Shown here piece after piece: positions 9,229-20,025 of a stretch of DNA of 64,000 bases. The stretch covers positions 704,001 to 768,000 of the forward strand of contig CAVWFS010000007.1 in NCBI GenBank assembly GCA_963754315.1. Direction: 5' to 3'. Source of the stretch: an uncultured Candidatus Rokubacteria bacterium (GTDB lineage: Bacteria > Methylomirabilota > Methylomirabilia > Rokubacteriales > CSP1-6). Numbering within the stretch: the first letter of the stretch is position 1; each line of letters begins with the position of its first letter. A model generated the notes under the pieces. The model had not been told where the DNA came from, ran no database searches, and saw only the letters and a program-made list of their open reading frames with translations. The position numbers and the translations under genes are program-made.

Positions 9229-10005
9229 TCAATGCATCACGAGCCCACCGGTCACGTTGATGGCCTGGCCTGTCATGTAGCCGGCCCGGCTCGAGGCGAG
9301 GAAGCCGATCACCTTGGCCACGTCCTCGGGACGCTCCATGCGACCCAGCGGCACCTGGGTGAGGCGCTGGCGCGTGAACTCCTCAGGCGAGAGTCCGGCC
9401 ATCGCTCCCAGATCGCGGGAGACGCTCGTCCACATGTCGGTCTCCACGAAGCCGGGGCAGACGCAGTTGACGCGGATACCGTCCCCGGCGTGGGCCAGGG
9501 CCAGACTCTTGGTGATGCTGATCACGGCCGCCTTGCTTGCGTTGTACGGCAGGTTACCCTTGCTCCCCACCTTGCCCGCCATCGAGGCGAGGCTGATGAT
9601 GGCGCCGCTCTTCTGCGCGATCATGACCGGAAGAACCGCCTGGCTCGCAAAGAAGACCGCCTTGGCGTTGACGTCCATCACTGCGTCCCAGTGCTCCTCG
9701 GTGACGTCGAGCGGCGCCGCGGCGCGATAGATACCGGCGTTGTTCACGAGGATGTCGATTCGCCCGAAGTCGGCGCGGGTGCGCTCGGCCATGGCCTTGA
9801 GGTTGTCGCCGGACGTGACGTCGGTCGCCAGAACCTGGGCTCGCCGGCCCAGGGCCTTCACCTCAGCCGCCGTGCGCTCGGCACCGGCACGGTCTAGCTC
9901 GGCGATGACAACATCCGCGCCCATCCGCGCCAGCTCGAGCGCGGTGGCGTGGCCGATCCCCCGCCCGGCACCGGTAACGATGGCAACGTGATCTTTGAGC
10001 TCCAT
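9229..10005 (-). CDS. SDR family oxidoreductase
   Basis: TGAGRGIG, NNAG, YNASK and GIRVNCVCPG. Confidence 0.93.
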   Translation of the reverse strand: MELKDHVAIVTGAGRGIGHATALELARMGADVVIAELDRAGAERTAAEVKALGRRAQVLATDVTSGDNLKAMAERTRADFGRIDILVNNAGIYRAAAPLDVTEEHWDAVMDVNAKAVFFASQAVLPVMIAQKSGAIISLASMAGKVGSKGNLPYNASKAAVISITKSLALAHAGDGIRVNCVCPGFVETDMWTSVSRDLGAMAGLSPEEFTRQRLTQVPLGRMERPEDVAKVIGFLASSRAGYMTGQAINVTGGLVMH

Positions 10006-10030
10006 GGATTCCTCCTCGAGGAGCGGCGGA

Positions 10031-11134
10031 CTATGACGTGCTCGTGTGGTCGTTGAAGCGCGGCATCACTTCCGTCGCCAATAGCTCCATGGACCGCCGC
10101 CAGAGCTTGGGTTGGTCCCAGTCGTGGCCGGCCATCAGCAGGGTGCCGAAGGGCCCGATCTCATCACGCAGGGCCACGAGTTGGTCCAGCACCCGCCGGG
10201 AGTTACCCGCGATGATCATGCCGCGCTTGATCGCGTCCATGGTCACCGCCTCGTCCGGCATGTCGAGATCGGGCTTGACCATGAACAACGCCTTACGGAG
10301 CTGGGTGAAGCTGAAGAGGAAGAAGCGATAGTAGAAGGACAGGCCGTTGCTCGGATCCGCCAGGTAGTCTTCAGCCTCGGCGTCCGTCTCGGTCACCAGC
10401 ACGCTGCGTGAGACGCGCCAGATGTTCGGATCGGGCCGACGTCCCGCCCGCTCGCACCCCTCCACGTACCTCTCCCAGTGACCGCGCAGGTAACGCCGAT
10501 GAAAGAAGTTGCCGGACACCGGGATCCAGCCACGCTCGCCGGCCGTCCGCGCGCTGTTCGAGTTCGGCGTCAGGAGCGAGAGGGCAATTGGCGGATGCGG
10601 TTGCTGGAACGGGCGGGGAACGTAGCCCACCTTGAACTCGGGATAGATGCTCTTCTCCAGCGAGACCTTCCAGAACCGGCCGTCGATGCGATAGGGCGGA
10701 TCCTGTGCCCACAGCGCCAAGATGGTATCGATGGACTCGATGACCATCTGCGGGCGCAACTCGGCTTGACCGACGTCGAACAGCTCCAGGTCGCTGGCCA
10801 GGCCTCCCGGACCGATGCCCATGATGAAGCGCCCCCGACAGAGCTGGTCGAACATGGCGGCATGGGCGGCCACCGTGGCCGGGTGCAGCTGCGGCAGATT
10901 GATCACGCCGGTGCCGAAGTGGATCTGTCGGGTGCGATCGACGAGGGTGGCCAAGAAGATCAACGGCGAGGTGATGCGCTCGCTCCATGAGCTGAAGTGC
11001 TCCCCCACGAAGACCTCTGAAAAGCCCAGGCGGTCGGCGAGGACGATGGCCTCCCGATCCTCCTCGAGAATGGTGGCGTAGTCGCGAGAGGGATGGTGAA
11101 AGGGCATCGTGAACATCCCGAGCTTGACGGTCAC
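10031..11134 (-). CDS. LLM class flavin-dependent oxidoreductase
   Basis: Start placed at GTG 11134 (VTVKLGMFTMPFH), overlapping the upstream stop (GTGA) and with a GGAGA RBS. Motifs ADRLGFSEVFVGEH and GRFIMGIGPG. Confidence 0.9.
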   Translation of the reverse strand: MTVKLGMFTMPFHHPSRDYATILEEDREAIVLADRLGFSEVFVGEHFSSWSERITSPLIFLATLVDRTRQIHFGTGVINLPQLHPATVAAHAAMFDQLCRGRFIMGIGPGGLASDLELFDVGQAELRPQMVIESIDTILALWAQDPPYRIDGRFWKVSLEKSIYPEFKVGYVPRPFQQPHPPIALSLLTPNSNSARTAGERGWIPVSGNFFHRRYLRGHWERYVEGCERAGRRPDPNIWRVSRSVLVTETDAEAEDYLADPSNGLSFYYRFFLFSFTQLRKALFMVKPDLDMPDEAVTMDAIKRGMIIAGNSRRVLDQLVALRDEIGPFGTLLMAGHDWDQPKLWRRSMELLATEVMPRFNDHTSTS

Positions 11135-12399
11135 GGAATCTCCTCTCCTTGTGTTGCCTCCGAGACCGGCTCGATCACACCAGCGGCATGCAGCGCCGCG
11201 AGCTCGTCCGGGCTCAGGCTCAACAGCTCCGACAGCACACGATCGGTGTCTTGGCCCAGCAGGGGCGCCGGCCGATCGACGGTGGCTGGCTCGCTTCCGT
11301 GCAGCCGGATCGGCGAGATCGGCACTCGCGTCTTCCCGCGGCGCGGGTGCTCGACGTCCACCCACACACCGCGCTCCGTGAGGTGCGGATCGTTGACGAC
11401 CTCGCCGGTGGTGCGAACGGGGGCACAGGGGACGTGGGCTGTCGTGAGCACTTTCAGCACGTCTTCCTTGCCCCGCGACCGCGTCCACGCCTCCACCATC
11501 GCGTCGATCTCGTCCACCCGCGCTGCCCGGCCTGGTGTGGTGGCGAAATCCGGATTGCTCAGGAGGTCCTCCCGGCCAAGGACACGCGCCATGCTGTGCC
11601 AGTGACGTTCCGATGCGGTGAAGATGGCCACATAGCCATCCGCGGTGGGGTAGACGTTGTAGGGCGCAATGGCCAGCGCCGGATGACGGTTGGCCGTGCG
11701 GACAGGCACGCCGCCGTCGCCGTCCATGAACACGCCGACTGCACTGGCCAGGGCCATGACGGCCGCCTCCAGCATCGCGACTTCGACGAGCTGACCTCTC
11801 CCGGTCCGCTCGCGGTGAAGGAGTGCGCCCAGGACTCCTCCGAACAGATGCACCCCGGCCAGGAAATCGCACACGGCCGGCCCCGCTTTGACCGGCGGCC
11901 GATCGGGAAACCCGGTGGCGTTCATGATGCCGCTCATGGCCTGGATAGTCAGGTCCATGGCTGGCAAGTCCCGGTAGGGGCCGGTCAGGCCGAATCCGTT
12001 GCCCGCTCCATACACGAGCCGGGGATTCTCGGCGCGCAGCACGTCCCAGCCGAGCCCAAGACGATCCATCACCCCGGCCGCGAAGTTCTCCACCACGACG
12101 TCGGCCAGGCGCGCCAGGCGCAGGAACAGCGCTTTGCCCTGAGGGTGCTTGAGATCGAGGACGACCGATTCCTTGTTGGAGTTGAGCATGACCAGCGGGT
12201 AGGGCTCGACCCCCCGCTTCCGCCGCCGCAGCACGTCGCCCTCCGGCGACTCGATCTTGATGACCCGCGCGCCCATGAATCCCAGCAGGAGCCCACAGTA
12301 GGGCCCGTTGTAGATCTGGCCCAGATCCAGCACCAGCGTCCCTTCAAGCGGCCGCCGCGCGCCCTTCGTCATCGCGGACTCTCTCACTTCGTCACTCAC
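11131..12399 (-). CDS. CaiB/BaiF family (class III) CoA-transferase
   Basis: VLDLGQIYNGP, GARVIKIE, NSNKESVVLDLK, ADVVVENF and APLLGQDT. Confidence 0.92.
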   Translation of the reverse strand: MSDEVRESAMTKGARRPLEGTLVLDLGQIYNGPYCGLLLGFMGARVIKIESPEGDVLRRRKRGVEPYPLVMLNSNKESVVLDLKHPQGKALFLRLARLADVVVENFAAGVMDRLGLGWDVLRAENPRLVYGAGNGFGLTGPYRDLPAMDLTIQAMSGIMNATGFPDRPPVKAGPAVCDFLAGVHLFGGVLGALLHRERTGRGQLVEVAMLEAAVMALASAVGVFMDGDGGVPVRTANRHPALAIAPYNVYPTADGYVAIFTASERHWHSMARVLGREDLLSNPDFATTPGRAARVDEIDAMVEAWTRSRGKEDVLKVLTTAHVPCAPVRTTGEVVNDPHLTERGVWVDVEHPRRGKTRVPISPIRLHGSEPATVDRPAPLLGQDTDRVLSELLSLSPDELAALHAAGVIEPVSEATQGEEIP

Positions 12400-13511
12400 C
12401 CCTTCATTTCAATCCCCGCGCGCGTCACGTGACCCTTGTCCTGCTGGGCGAAGGCCTCGTTGATGGCCTCCAGTGGAAACTTGTGCGACACAACCTTGTC
12501 CCAGGGATAGCGGGTCCGTGTCCGCCGCATCAGATCGAGGGCACCGCGCAGGTGCTCGGCCTCGTAGTGGGAGAGCCCGAGGATGCGGCGGTTGCCGAAG
12601 ATGATCCAGGCCGGGTCGAACTCGGCCTTCCAGCCGACATTGATGTTGCCGATCTCGACGTACGTTCCCTCCAGCGCCGTCATCCGGAGTCCCTCGTCGA
12701 CGACTTGCGGATGACCTACGAGCTCCATGACGACGTCGCCGCCCCAGTCGTCGGTGAGCGCCTTGATCCGCTGGATCCGCGCCTCGGGCGTACGGTACTC
12801 GCGCAGGTCAACCGCCTCGTGGGCGCCGAACTGACGGGCAAGCGCCAACCGCTCGTCCACTCCATCGATGACGATCACACGACCCGCTCCCATCTCGCGA
12901 GCGACCGCGCACGCGTACACGCCGAGGCCGCCCGCCCCCTGGATGACGACGGTCTGGCCAGCGCGGAGGGCGGCCAGATCGAGTCCCGCGTACACCTGGG
13001 TGAACGCGCAGTTCACCCCGGCGGCCATCTCGTCGGTGATATCGTCGGTGAGCTTGAAGACCGCGTGGTTCGGGCGCAAGTAGAAGTACTCGCCGAAGCC
13101 GCCTTGAAAGTGGGGCCAGACTTCGCAGGAGACGAGCCAGTTGGCCTGGCGCACCGGACACGACTTGGTGCGGCGCATGAGGCAGGCGCGACAGCGGCCG
13201 CATGGAAAGAAGAACCGGTACGCTACGCGGTCACCGACCGCGAGCGGTTGCCCGGCCGAGTCCGTCGTGACTCCGGGCCCGAGCTTGCCGACTCGCCCCA
13301 CGTGCTCGTGGCCGGTGTTGAGGGGCAATGGCCGCCCCATCTTCACGTAATCCAGCTCACCCCGCCAGTAGTGCAGGTCGGAACCGCACACGTTGGCCAG
13401 CGCCACCTTGATGAGGATAGCCCCGGGTTCTGGATCGGGCACCGGATACTCTCGAATCTCGAATGGCTTGCCGGCTCCATGAAAAACCGCCATCCTCGCC
13501 TTTTCTGCCAT
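12396..13511 (-). CDS. Zinc-binding alcohol dehydrogenase family protein
   Basis: CGSDLH, GHE, structural Zn cluster CGRCRAC...C and GAGGLG. Confidence 0.92.
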   Translation of the reverse strand: MAEKARMAVFHGAGKPFEIREYPVPDPEPGAILIKVALANVCGSDLHYWRGELDYVKMGRPLPLNTGHEHVGRVGKLGPGVTTDSAGQPLAVGDRVAYRFFFPCGRCRACLMRRTKSCPVRQANWLVSCEVWPHFQGGFGEYFYLRPNHAVFKLTDDITDEMAAGVNCAFTQVYAGLDLAALRAGQTVVIQGAGGLGVYACAVAREMGAGRVIVIDGVDERLALARQFGAHEAVDLREYRTPEARIQRIKALTDDWGGDVVMELVGHPQVVDEGLRMTALEGTYVEIGNINVGWKAEFDPAWIIFGNRRILGLSHYEAEHLRGALDLMRRTRTRYPWDKVVSHKFPLEAINEAFAQQDKGHVTRAGIEMKG

Positions 13512-13668
13512 GGTGCCCTCCCCTCGGCTATCGCGGCCGAAGTGTAACAGGCGCCCTCTTGCCTATCCAGACGGATCTCCCGGGAGCGTGCGAGGTATAC
13601 TCGCGGCGCAGGGGAGCCGGGCAAGCCGATCAACGTGGTGAACCCCAAAGTGTTGGAGACCATCGGGC

Positions 13669-14838
13669 ATGACCATCAAGGGTAAGGCGTACATCGCAGG
13701 GATCTTCGAGCACCCCACGCGCAAGGCCGACGACAAGTCGCTGGCCCAGCTTCATGCCGAATCTGCCAAGGGCGCCCTCCAGGACGCGGGTCTGACCAAG
13801 GAGGACGTGGATGGCTACTTCTGCGCCGGAGACGCGCCCGGGCTGGGGCCGCTATCCATGGCCGATTACATGGGGCTGCGTCTGCGCCACGTGGACACCA
13901 CCGACACCGGGGGATCGTCCTACGTCATCCACGTTGCTCATGCCGCGCAGGCTATCGCCGCCGGGAAGTGTAACGTGGCGCTCATCACCCTGGCGGGGCG
14001 GCCACGAGCTGAGGGCATGGCCACCGGCACCGCACCGCGCAACTACGGCGCGACGACACCCGACGGTCCCTTCGAGTATCCCTTCGGCCCCACCGTGGTG
14101 AACCAGTACGCGATGGCCGCCATGCGCCACATGCACCAGTACGGGACCACCAGCGCCCAGTTGGCCTGGATCAAGGTGGCCGCCTCCCGCCACGCCCAGC
14201 ACAATCCGCACGCCATGCTGCGAGAGGTCGTCACCGTCGACGACGTTGTCAACTCGCCCATGATCTCCGATCCCCTGCATCGGCTCGACTGCTGCGTCAT
14301 CAGTGACGGCGGCGGCGCCATCATCGTCGTCAAGCCGGAGGTGGCCCGAAGCCTGACCCGGCCGCGGGTTAAGGTGCTTGGCACCGGGGAAGCCATCAAG
14401 CACCAGATGGGCGGAAAAATCGACCTGACGTACTCGGGCGCCGTCTGGTCGGGTCCGGCCGCTTTTGCCGAAGCCGGGGTCAAGCCGTCGGATGTCAAGT
14501 ACGTCTCCATCTATGACAGCTTCACGATCACCGTGCTCATCACCCTCGAAGACCTGGGCTTCTGCGAGAAAGGGCAAGGCGGTAAGTTCGTGTCCGATGG
14601 CAATCTCATCGCGGGGGTCGGCGCTCTGCCCTTCAACACCGACGGTGGCGGGCTTTGCAACAACCACCCGGCCAACCGGGGCGGCCTGACCAAGGTGGTG
14701 GAGGCCGTGCGGCAGCTGCGCGGCGAGGCGCACCCACAGGTGCAGGTGAAGAACTGCCAGGTGGCGCTGGCACACGGGACTGGCGGCTCGCTCGGTACCC
14801 GGCATGGTAGCGCAACGTTGATCATGGAAAGGGAGTGA
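13669..14838 (+). CDS. Thiolase domain protein (SCP-x/lipid-transfer type)
   Basis: DTGGSSY, HAQHNPHA, RLDCCVISDGG, IYDSFTITV and NTDGGGLCNNHP. Confidence 0.9.
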   Translation: MTIKGKAYIAGIFEHPTRKADDKSLAQLHAESAKGALQDAGLTKEDVDGYFCAGDAPGLGPLSMADYMGLRLRHVDTTDTGGSSYVIHVAHAAQAIAAGKCNVALITLAGRPRAEGMATGTAPRNYGATTPDGPFEYPFGPTVVNQYAMAAMRHMHQYGTTSAQLAWIKVAASRHAQHNPHAMLREVVTVDDVVNSPMISDPLHRLDCCVISDGGGAIIVVKPEVARSLTRPRVKVLGTGEAIKHQMGGKIDLTYSGAVWSGPAAFAEAGVKPSDVKYVSIYDSFTITVLITLEDLGFCEKGQGGKFVSDGNLIAGVGALPFNTDGGGLCNNHPANRGGLTKVVEAVRQLRGEAHPQVQVKNCQVALAHGTGGSLGTRHGSATLIMERE

Positions 14839-14843
14839 GGATC

Positions 14844-15237
14844 ATGCCAGCTGAGAAACGGGCGATCCCGGCTCCGCAGCCGACCCAGGAGACCCAGGCG
14901 TTTTGGGAGGCGGCGTCGGCCGGTGACCCTCCTCGTCAAGAAGTGTGCCTCGTGCGCCCAGGTGCATCACTACCCACGCGCGATCTGTCCATTCTGCTTC
15001 AGTGAGACGACCCAATGGCTCCCCGCCTCGGGCCGAGGGTCCATCTACTCCTACAGCGTGATGCGCCGCGTTCCCGTTCCCTACGCCATCGCGTATGTGA
15101 CGCTCGAGGAAGGCGTGAGCATGATGACCAACATCGTCGATTGCGATCTCGATACGATCCGCATCGGTCAGCAGGTCAAGGTGGTCTTCAAGCCCACCGA
15201 GGGCGGGCCGCCCGTTCCCATGTTCACACCAGCCTGA
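14844..15237 (+). CDS. DUF35 Zn-ribbon/OB-fold protein (thiolase partner), apparent +1 frameshift near 14924
   Basis: ATG 14844 encodes MPAEKRAIPAPQPTQETQAFWEAASAG, then the frame switches to TLLVKKCASC...YPRAICPFC...G.IYSYSV. One extra base in ggtgaccctc. Confidence 0.85.
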
Positions 15238-15251
15238 CCCGTCGATCGCGT

Positions 15252-16394
15252 ATGCGACGCAGCACCGAGCGCTTTCTGACCACCCACACGGGCAGCCTGC
15301 CGCGCCCCGACGACTTGATCAGGATGATGTTTGCCAAGGAGGAGGGGGTACCCGTCGATGCTGCCGCCCTCGGCGCGCGCATCCGCTCCGCGGTGGCCGA
15401 GGTCGTCAGCAAGCAGGTCGAGGCCGGCCTCGCTGTCGTCAATGACGGCGAGATGAGCAAGCCGAGCTACGCGACCTACGTCAAGGACCGCCTGCGGGGC
15501 TTCGGCGGTGAGAGTCACCCGTTGCAGTACCAGGACCTGGTCGATTTCCCGGGGATGGCCAAGCGCGTGTTCGGTGATCCAGGCCGGGCCCGGCGAAAGA
15601 CGCCGGCCTGCAATGGTCCCATCGCCGTCGGCGATGCCGGCGCCGCTCAAGCCGACGCGCGAAATCTCAAGGCCGCCGTCGCCTCGGCACCGGCCGCGGA
15701 GGCGTTCTTGACGGCGGCGTCTCCGGGTGTCATCTCCCTGTTCTTTCGCAATGACCACTACCCGAGCCATGAGGCGTACCTGTTCGCCATCGCGGAGGCC
15801 ATGCAAGGCGAGTACGAGACGGTCGCCGGCGCCGGCTTCGTTCTGCAGGTCGACTGTCCCGATCTGGCGATGGGCCGGCACATCCAGTTCGCAGGGTTGA
15901 GCCTCGAGGACTTTCGCAAGATGGCCCGCCTGCACATCGCCGCCCTCGACCATGCACTCCGAAACGTCCCCGCCGAGCAGGTACGACTGCACCTCTGCTG
16001 GGGCAACTACGAAGGGCCGCATCACTACGACGTGGCGCTCGCCGACATCATCGACCTCGTCTTCCAGGCGCGTCCCGTCGGCATTTCATTCGAGGCTGCC
16101 AATCCGCGGCACGGCCACGAATGGAGACTCTTCGAGCGGCTGAGGCTTCCCGCCGGGAAGGTGATCATTCCCGGTGTCATCGACTCGACAACCAACTTCA
16201 TCGAGCACCCGGAGCTGGTGGCCGAGCGGATCAGCCGCTACGCGAAGCTGGTTGGCCGCGAGCACGTCATCGCCGGCACCGACTGCGGCTTTGGCACCTG
16301 GGTCGGCCAGGCCGCGGTCGATCCCGACATCGTCTGGGCCAAGCTGGCCAGCCTGGCCAGCGGCGCCCGTCTGGCCTCGCGCGAGTTCTGGTAG
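15252..16394 (+). CDS. Cobalamin-independent methionine synthase II family protein (catalytic-domain-only type)
   Basis: LTTHTGSLPRP, NDGE, Zn ligands in LHLCWGN and TDCGF. Confidence 0.9.
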   Translation: MRRSTERFLTTHTGSLPRPDDLIRMMFAKEEGVPVDAAALGARIRSAVAEVVSKQVEAGLAVVNDGEMSKPSYATYVKDRLRGFGGESHPLQYQDLVDFPGMAKRVFGDPGRARRKTPACNGPIAVGDAGAAQADARNLKAAVASAPAAEAFLTAASPGVISLFFRNDHYPSHEAYLFAIAEAMQGEYETVAGAGFVLQVDCPDLAMGRHIQFAGLSLEDFRKMARLHIAALDHALRNVPAEQVRLHLCWGNYEGPHHYDVALADIIDLVFQARPVGISFEAANPRHGHEWRLFERLRLPAGKVIIPGVIDSTTNFIEHPELVAERISRYAKLVGREHVIAGTDCGFGTWVGQAAVDPDIVWAKLASLASGARLASREFW

Positions 16395-16401
16395 GAGCCC
16401 C

Positions 16402-17580
16402 TCAGCGCGCGGCCGCGCCTGTGCGCTTCGTGAAGGCTGGCATGACGTCCGCGGCAAACCACTCCAGCTGCTCCAGCATCACGGCTTCCGGGGTGCCAAT
16501 GGGGTGGCTGACCGAGATCCGCTCGAGCCCCGGGTATTGCTGCTCCAGGCGCATCAGGTCGTCGATGATCTGGGCCGGAGGGCCGCACAGGTATGCGCCG
16601 CCCTTGACGGCGTGCTCGATCGTGGGCAGGCCGGCGAACGGCGCACGGCGAGGATCGGCCATGGCCTCGATCTGCTCGTCGGACAGCGAGCGGACCAGCC
16701 GAAGTGGCCCGAACATCTTGAGATTTTCCTCGAAGTAAGGCGCCGCCGCCTTGATGGCCTTCTCCTGGCTATCGGCCAGCTGGAAGTGGTACCCCACGCA
16801 GAGATCCTCGCCAAGCCGAGCGTCGCGGCCGGCCCCGCGCAGCGCATCGCGGAAGCTCTCCATGACGGTGCGCATGGCGCCTCCTTCGGCCACCCCGCCC
16901 CCGATGATCCCCTTGATGCCGTGCTTGGCCATGAAATCCAGGCCGCGCCGGCTGGCGCTCTGGATCGGCTGCCAGCACTCGACCGGATGGGTGGGCCTCG
17001 GGACCACGGTGATCTCCTCGAGCTGGTAGCCCCGATAGGGCACTCGCGCCGGAATGGTGTAGTGCTTGCCCTCGTGTGAGAAGGACTCCTGGCCGAAGGC
17101 CTTGAACACGATCTCGACCTGCTCTTCGAAGAGCTCGCGGTTGGCCGGCTGGTCGAGCAACGGCGAGCCAAAGGTCTCGACTTCCCGGGTGTGGTAGCCC
17201 CGCCCCACGCCAAAGATCACACGGCCACCGGTCAAGACATCGGCCATGGCGAAATCCTCGGCCAGGCGCAGGGGATGCCACATCGGAGCGATGTTGAAGC
17301 CGCAGCCGATCCTGAGGCGCCGGGTCTGGTGGGCCAGATCGACGGCCATCATGAGGATGTTCGGGATGCATTCGTAACCTTCTGGCTGGAAGTGGTGCTC
17401 GGCGAGCCAGAACGTGTCGTAGCCCCGGTCGTCGAGCACGCGCGCGAGGGCGCGCGCCTTGTCCAGGGCCGTGGTCAGGTATTCGTTGGGAAAGCGGCGA
17501 GCATTCACGGCGGTGCCGCCGTACCCGATGTTGTCCATGTCGACGTGACCGGCGTACAGGCTGTCGAATTTCGTGATCAT
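16402..17580 (-). CDS. LLM class flavin-dependent oxidoreductase
   Basis: FWLAEHHFQPEG, WHPLRLAED and GRVIFGVGRGY. Confidence 0.92.
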   Translation of the reverse strand: MITKFDSLYAGHVDMDNIGYGGTAVNARRFPNEYLTTALDKARALARVLDDRGYDTFWLAEHHFQPEGYECIPNILMMAVDLAHQTRRLRIGCGFNIAPMWHPLRLAEDFAMADVLTGGRVIFGVGRGYHTREVETFGSPLLDQPANRELFEEQVEIVFKAFGQESFSHEGKHYTIPARVPYRGYQLEEITVVPRPTHPVECWQPIQSASRRGLDFMAKHGIKGIIGGGVAEGGAMRTVMESFRDALRGAGRDARLGEDLCVGYHFQLADSQEKAIKAAAPYFEENLKMFGPLRLVRSLSDEQIEAMADPRRAPFAGLPTIEHAVKGGAYLCGPPAQIIDDLMRLEQQYPGLERISVSHPIGTPEAVMLEQLEWFAADVMPAFTKRTGAAAR

Positions 17581-17670
17581 CGCGCTCTCCGATCGCGCCC
17601 GGCGGGCGTGCTCTCAGGTCGAGGTCGAGTATATCGCCGCTCTGACTGAATCGCGTATACTCCGCACGTC

Positions 17671-20022
17671 ATGAGCCACCCACTGATCGTCGAAAAGTTT
17701 GCCATCGGGCAGTCTGTGCGCCGGCTGGAGGACCCGCGTCTCATCCAGGGTCTCGGTCATTATTCCGACGACGTGAACCTCGCCCGCCAGGCCCACGCCG
17801 TCGTGGTCCGCTCTCCGCATGCGCACGCGCGCATTCGCAGAGTTGATGGCGCCGTCGCGCGGGAGGCGCCAGGAGTGCTTGCGGTGCTGACCGGGGCCGA
17901 CGTCGCGGCCGATGGGCTCGGCAACCTGCCGACAGACTCCGCCCGCAAGCGACGCGATGGATCGCCGGCCTTCACGCCCCCGCGGCCCGCGCTTGCGCGC
18001 GACAGAGTACGCCATGTGGGCGATCCGGTCGCCTTGGTGGTGGCCGAGACGCGCGAGCAGGCCACCGACGCCGCCGCGCTGGTCGCCGTCGACTACGAGC
18101 CGCTTCCGGCCGTGACGGCCACCGCCGAGGCGGCTCATCCGGGCGTGCCGGTCGTCTGGGACGAGGTCCCGGACAATGTGGCCTTCGTGTGGGAGGCGGG
18201 CCAGCGCGACGCTGTGGCCAAGGCCTTCGCGAGCGCCGCCCACGTGACCAGCCTTGATTTCGTGGTCACCCGCGTCGCGGTGGCTCCGCTCGAGCCCCGC
18301 GCGGCCGTTGGCGAGTTCGACCGGCGCACCGGTCGCTATACGCTGCACACAGGCACGCAGGGGCCTCACGGAGCCCGTGCGCTCCTGACCGATATCTTCA
18401 AGGTTCCGCAGAGTCACCTGCGGGTCGTCTCGGGAGAGGTCGGGGGCAGCTTCGGGATGCGCAGCGGCATCTACCCCGAGATGGTGCTGGTGCTGTGGGC
18501 CGCCCAGCGGCTGGGGCGGCCCGTGAAGTGGACGTCCGACCGGCGCGAAGGCTTCGTCACCGACGAGCACGGCCGTGACAACGTGTCCAGGGCCGAGCTG
18601 GCCCTCGACGCACATGGAAAGTTCCTCGCCCTGCGGGTAGCGATCACCCTCAACGTCGGCGCCTATTTCACGCCGCGCAGCGCAGGGCCAGGCACCAATA
18701 ACGTCGGCGGGGTGGCCGGCGTCTATACGACACCCGCCATTCACGTCCAGACGACCGGCGTCTACACGAATACAACCCCAACCGGTCCCTATCGGGGCGC
18801 TGGTCGACCGGAAGCCACCTACGCCATCGAGCGCGTCATCGACGTCGCTGCACGAGAGCTCAAGGTCGACCCTCTCGAGCTTCGCCGGAGAAACCTCATT
18901 CCGGCCCAGGCCATGCCGTTCAAGACAGGGCTTGTTTTCACCTATGATTGCGGCAACTTCTCACGAAGTATGGAGATGGCACTCGAGGTGGCCGATCAGG
19001 CCGGTTTCGAGTCTCGCCGGGCGAGCGCCCGGCAAGGGGGCACACTTCGCGGTCTCGGAATCGCCAACCCCATCGAGGTGGCCGGCGGGCCCTACACGGC
19101 GGTCAACCCGGACACGGCTGAGTTGCGTGTCAACCCTGATGGCTCGGTATCCCTCTTCGCCGGCTCCACGTCGATGGGGCAAGGCAACGAAACCGCCTTC
19201 GTCCAGATCGTGAGCGATCGCCTGGGGATCCCCCCGGAGCGCATCCAGGTGTTCTCGGGTGATACCGATGCGCTCGGCGCTGGTCGAGGCAACGGCGGCT
19301 CGGGCGCCCTCACCGTCGGCGGCTCGGCCGTGGTACGGGCGACGGAGAAGATCATCGAGCGGGGCCGCCGCATCGCGGCCCGCATGCTGGAGGCCGCACC
19401 GGAAGACGTCGTGCTTCGGGACAGCCGGTTCAGCGTCGCCGGCACTGATCGCGGGGTGACCTTCAACGCCGTAGCCCGCGTCGCCTACCAGCCACGCCAA
19501 CTCCCCGCCGGCATGGAGCCCGGGTTCAGCGAGACGGCGGCCTTCACCCCGCCCGCCGTCACCTTCCCCAACGGTTGCCAGGTGTGCGAGGTGGAGATCG
19601 ACCCCGAGACCGGGATCGTCCGCATCGTCCGTCACACGATCGTCGACGATGTGGGCCACATGGTGAACCCCATGCTTGTCCAGGGACAGATCCATGGCGG
19701 CGCCGTCCAGGGCCTCGGCCAGGGGTTGTTCGAGATGCTGACGTACGAGCCGACCTCGGGTCAGCTCCTCACCGGATCCTTCATGGACTATGCGATGCCA
19801 CGGGCTGACGACATCCCGCTGTTCGACGTCGATCACCACGAGGTGCCGACCCAGGTCAACCCGCTCGGCGCCAAGGGGGTGGGCGAGGCAGGAACGGTCG
19901 GCGCGCTCCCGGCTCTCCTCAATGCCGTCAACGATGCCCTGGCGCCCCTTGGCGTGCGTCACCTGGACATGCCGGTCACGCCCGAGCGCGTGTGGCGGGC
20001 CATTCAGGACGCGAAAGGGTGA
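17671..20022 (+). CDS. Xanthine dehydrogenase family molybdopterin-binding large subunit (CoxL form II-like)
   Basis: RSPHAHARI, VGGSFG, PYRGAGRPE, MGQG, QIHGG..QGLG and GAKGVGE. Confidence 0.92.
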   Translation: MSHPLIVEKFAIGQSVRRLEDPRLIQGLGHYSDDVNLARQAHAVVVRSPHAHARIRRVDGAVAREAPGVLAVLTGADVAADGLGNLPTDSARKRRDGSPAFTPPRPALARDRVRHVGDPVALVVAETREQATDAAALVAVDYEPLPAVTATAEAAHPGVPVVWDEVPDNVAFVWEAGQRDAVAKAFASAAHVTSLDFVVTRVAVAPLEPRAAVGEFDRRTGRYTLHTGTQGPHGARALLTDIFKVPQSHLRVVSGEVGGSFGMRSGIYPEMVLVLWAAQRLGRPVKWTSDRREGFVTDEHGRDNVSRAELALDAHGKFLALRVAITLNVGAYFTPRSAGPGTNNVGGVAGVYTTPAIHVQTTGVYTNTTPTGPYRGAGRPEATYAIERVIDVAARELKVDPLELRRRNLIPAQAMPFKTGLVFTYDCGNFSRSMEMALEVADQAGFESRRASARQGGTLRGLGIANPIEVAGGPYTAVNPDTAELRVNPDGSVSLFAGSTSMGQGNETAFVQIVSDRLGIPPERIQVFSGDTDALGAGRGNGGSGALTVGGSAVVRATEKIIERGRRIAARMLEAAPEDVVLRDSRFSVAGTDRGVTFNAVARVAYQPRQLPAGMEPGFSETAAFTPPAVTFPNGCQVCEVEIDPETGIVRIVRHTIVDDVGHMVNPMLVQGQIHGGAVQGLGQGLFEMLTYEPTSGQLLTGSFMDYAMPRADDIPLFDVDHHEVPTQVNPLGAKGVGEAGTVGALPALLNAVNDALAPLGVRHLDMPVTPERVWRAIQDAKG

Positions 20023-20025
20023 AAG

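Noticed and set aside
11135..11872. N-terminal extension of the LLM oxidoreductase (and similar extensions of ORFs ending 16394, 25776, 27670, 41766, 42937)
   Set aside because: The extensions overlap upstream genes or promoters. Better starts with family-typical N-termini lie downstream.
14915..14930. Programmed frameshift in the DUF35 gene
   Set aside because: No slippery sequence is visible. A single inserted base (error or mutation) is simpler.
17671..20022. Bona fide form I aerobic CO dehydrogenase
   Set aside because: The active-site loop is PYRGAGR, not AYxCSFR, and coxS/coxM and accessory genes are absent.
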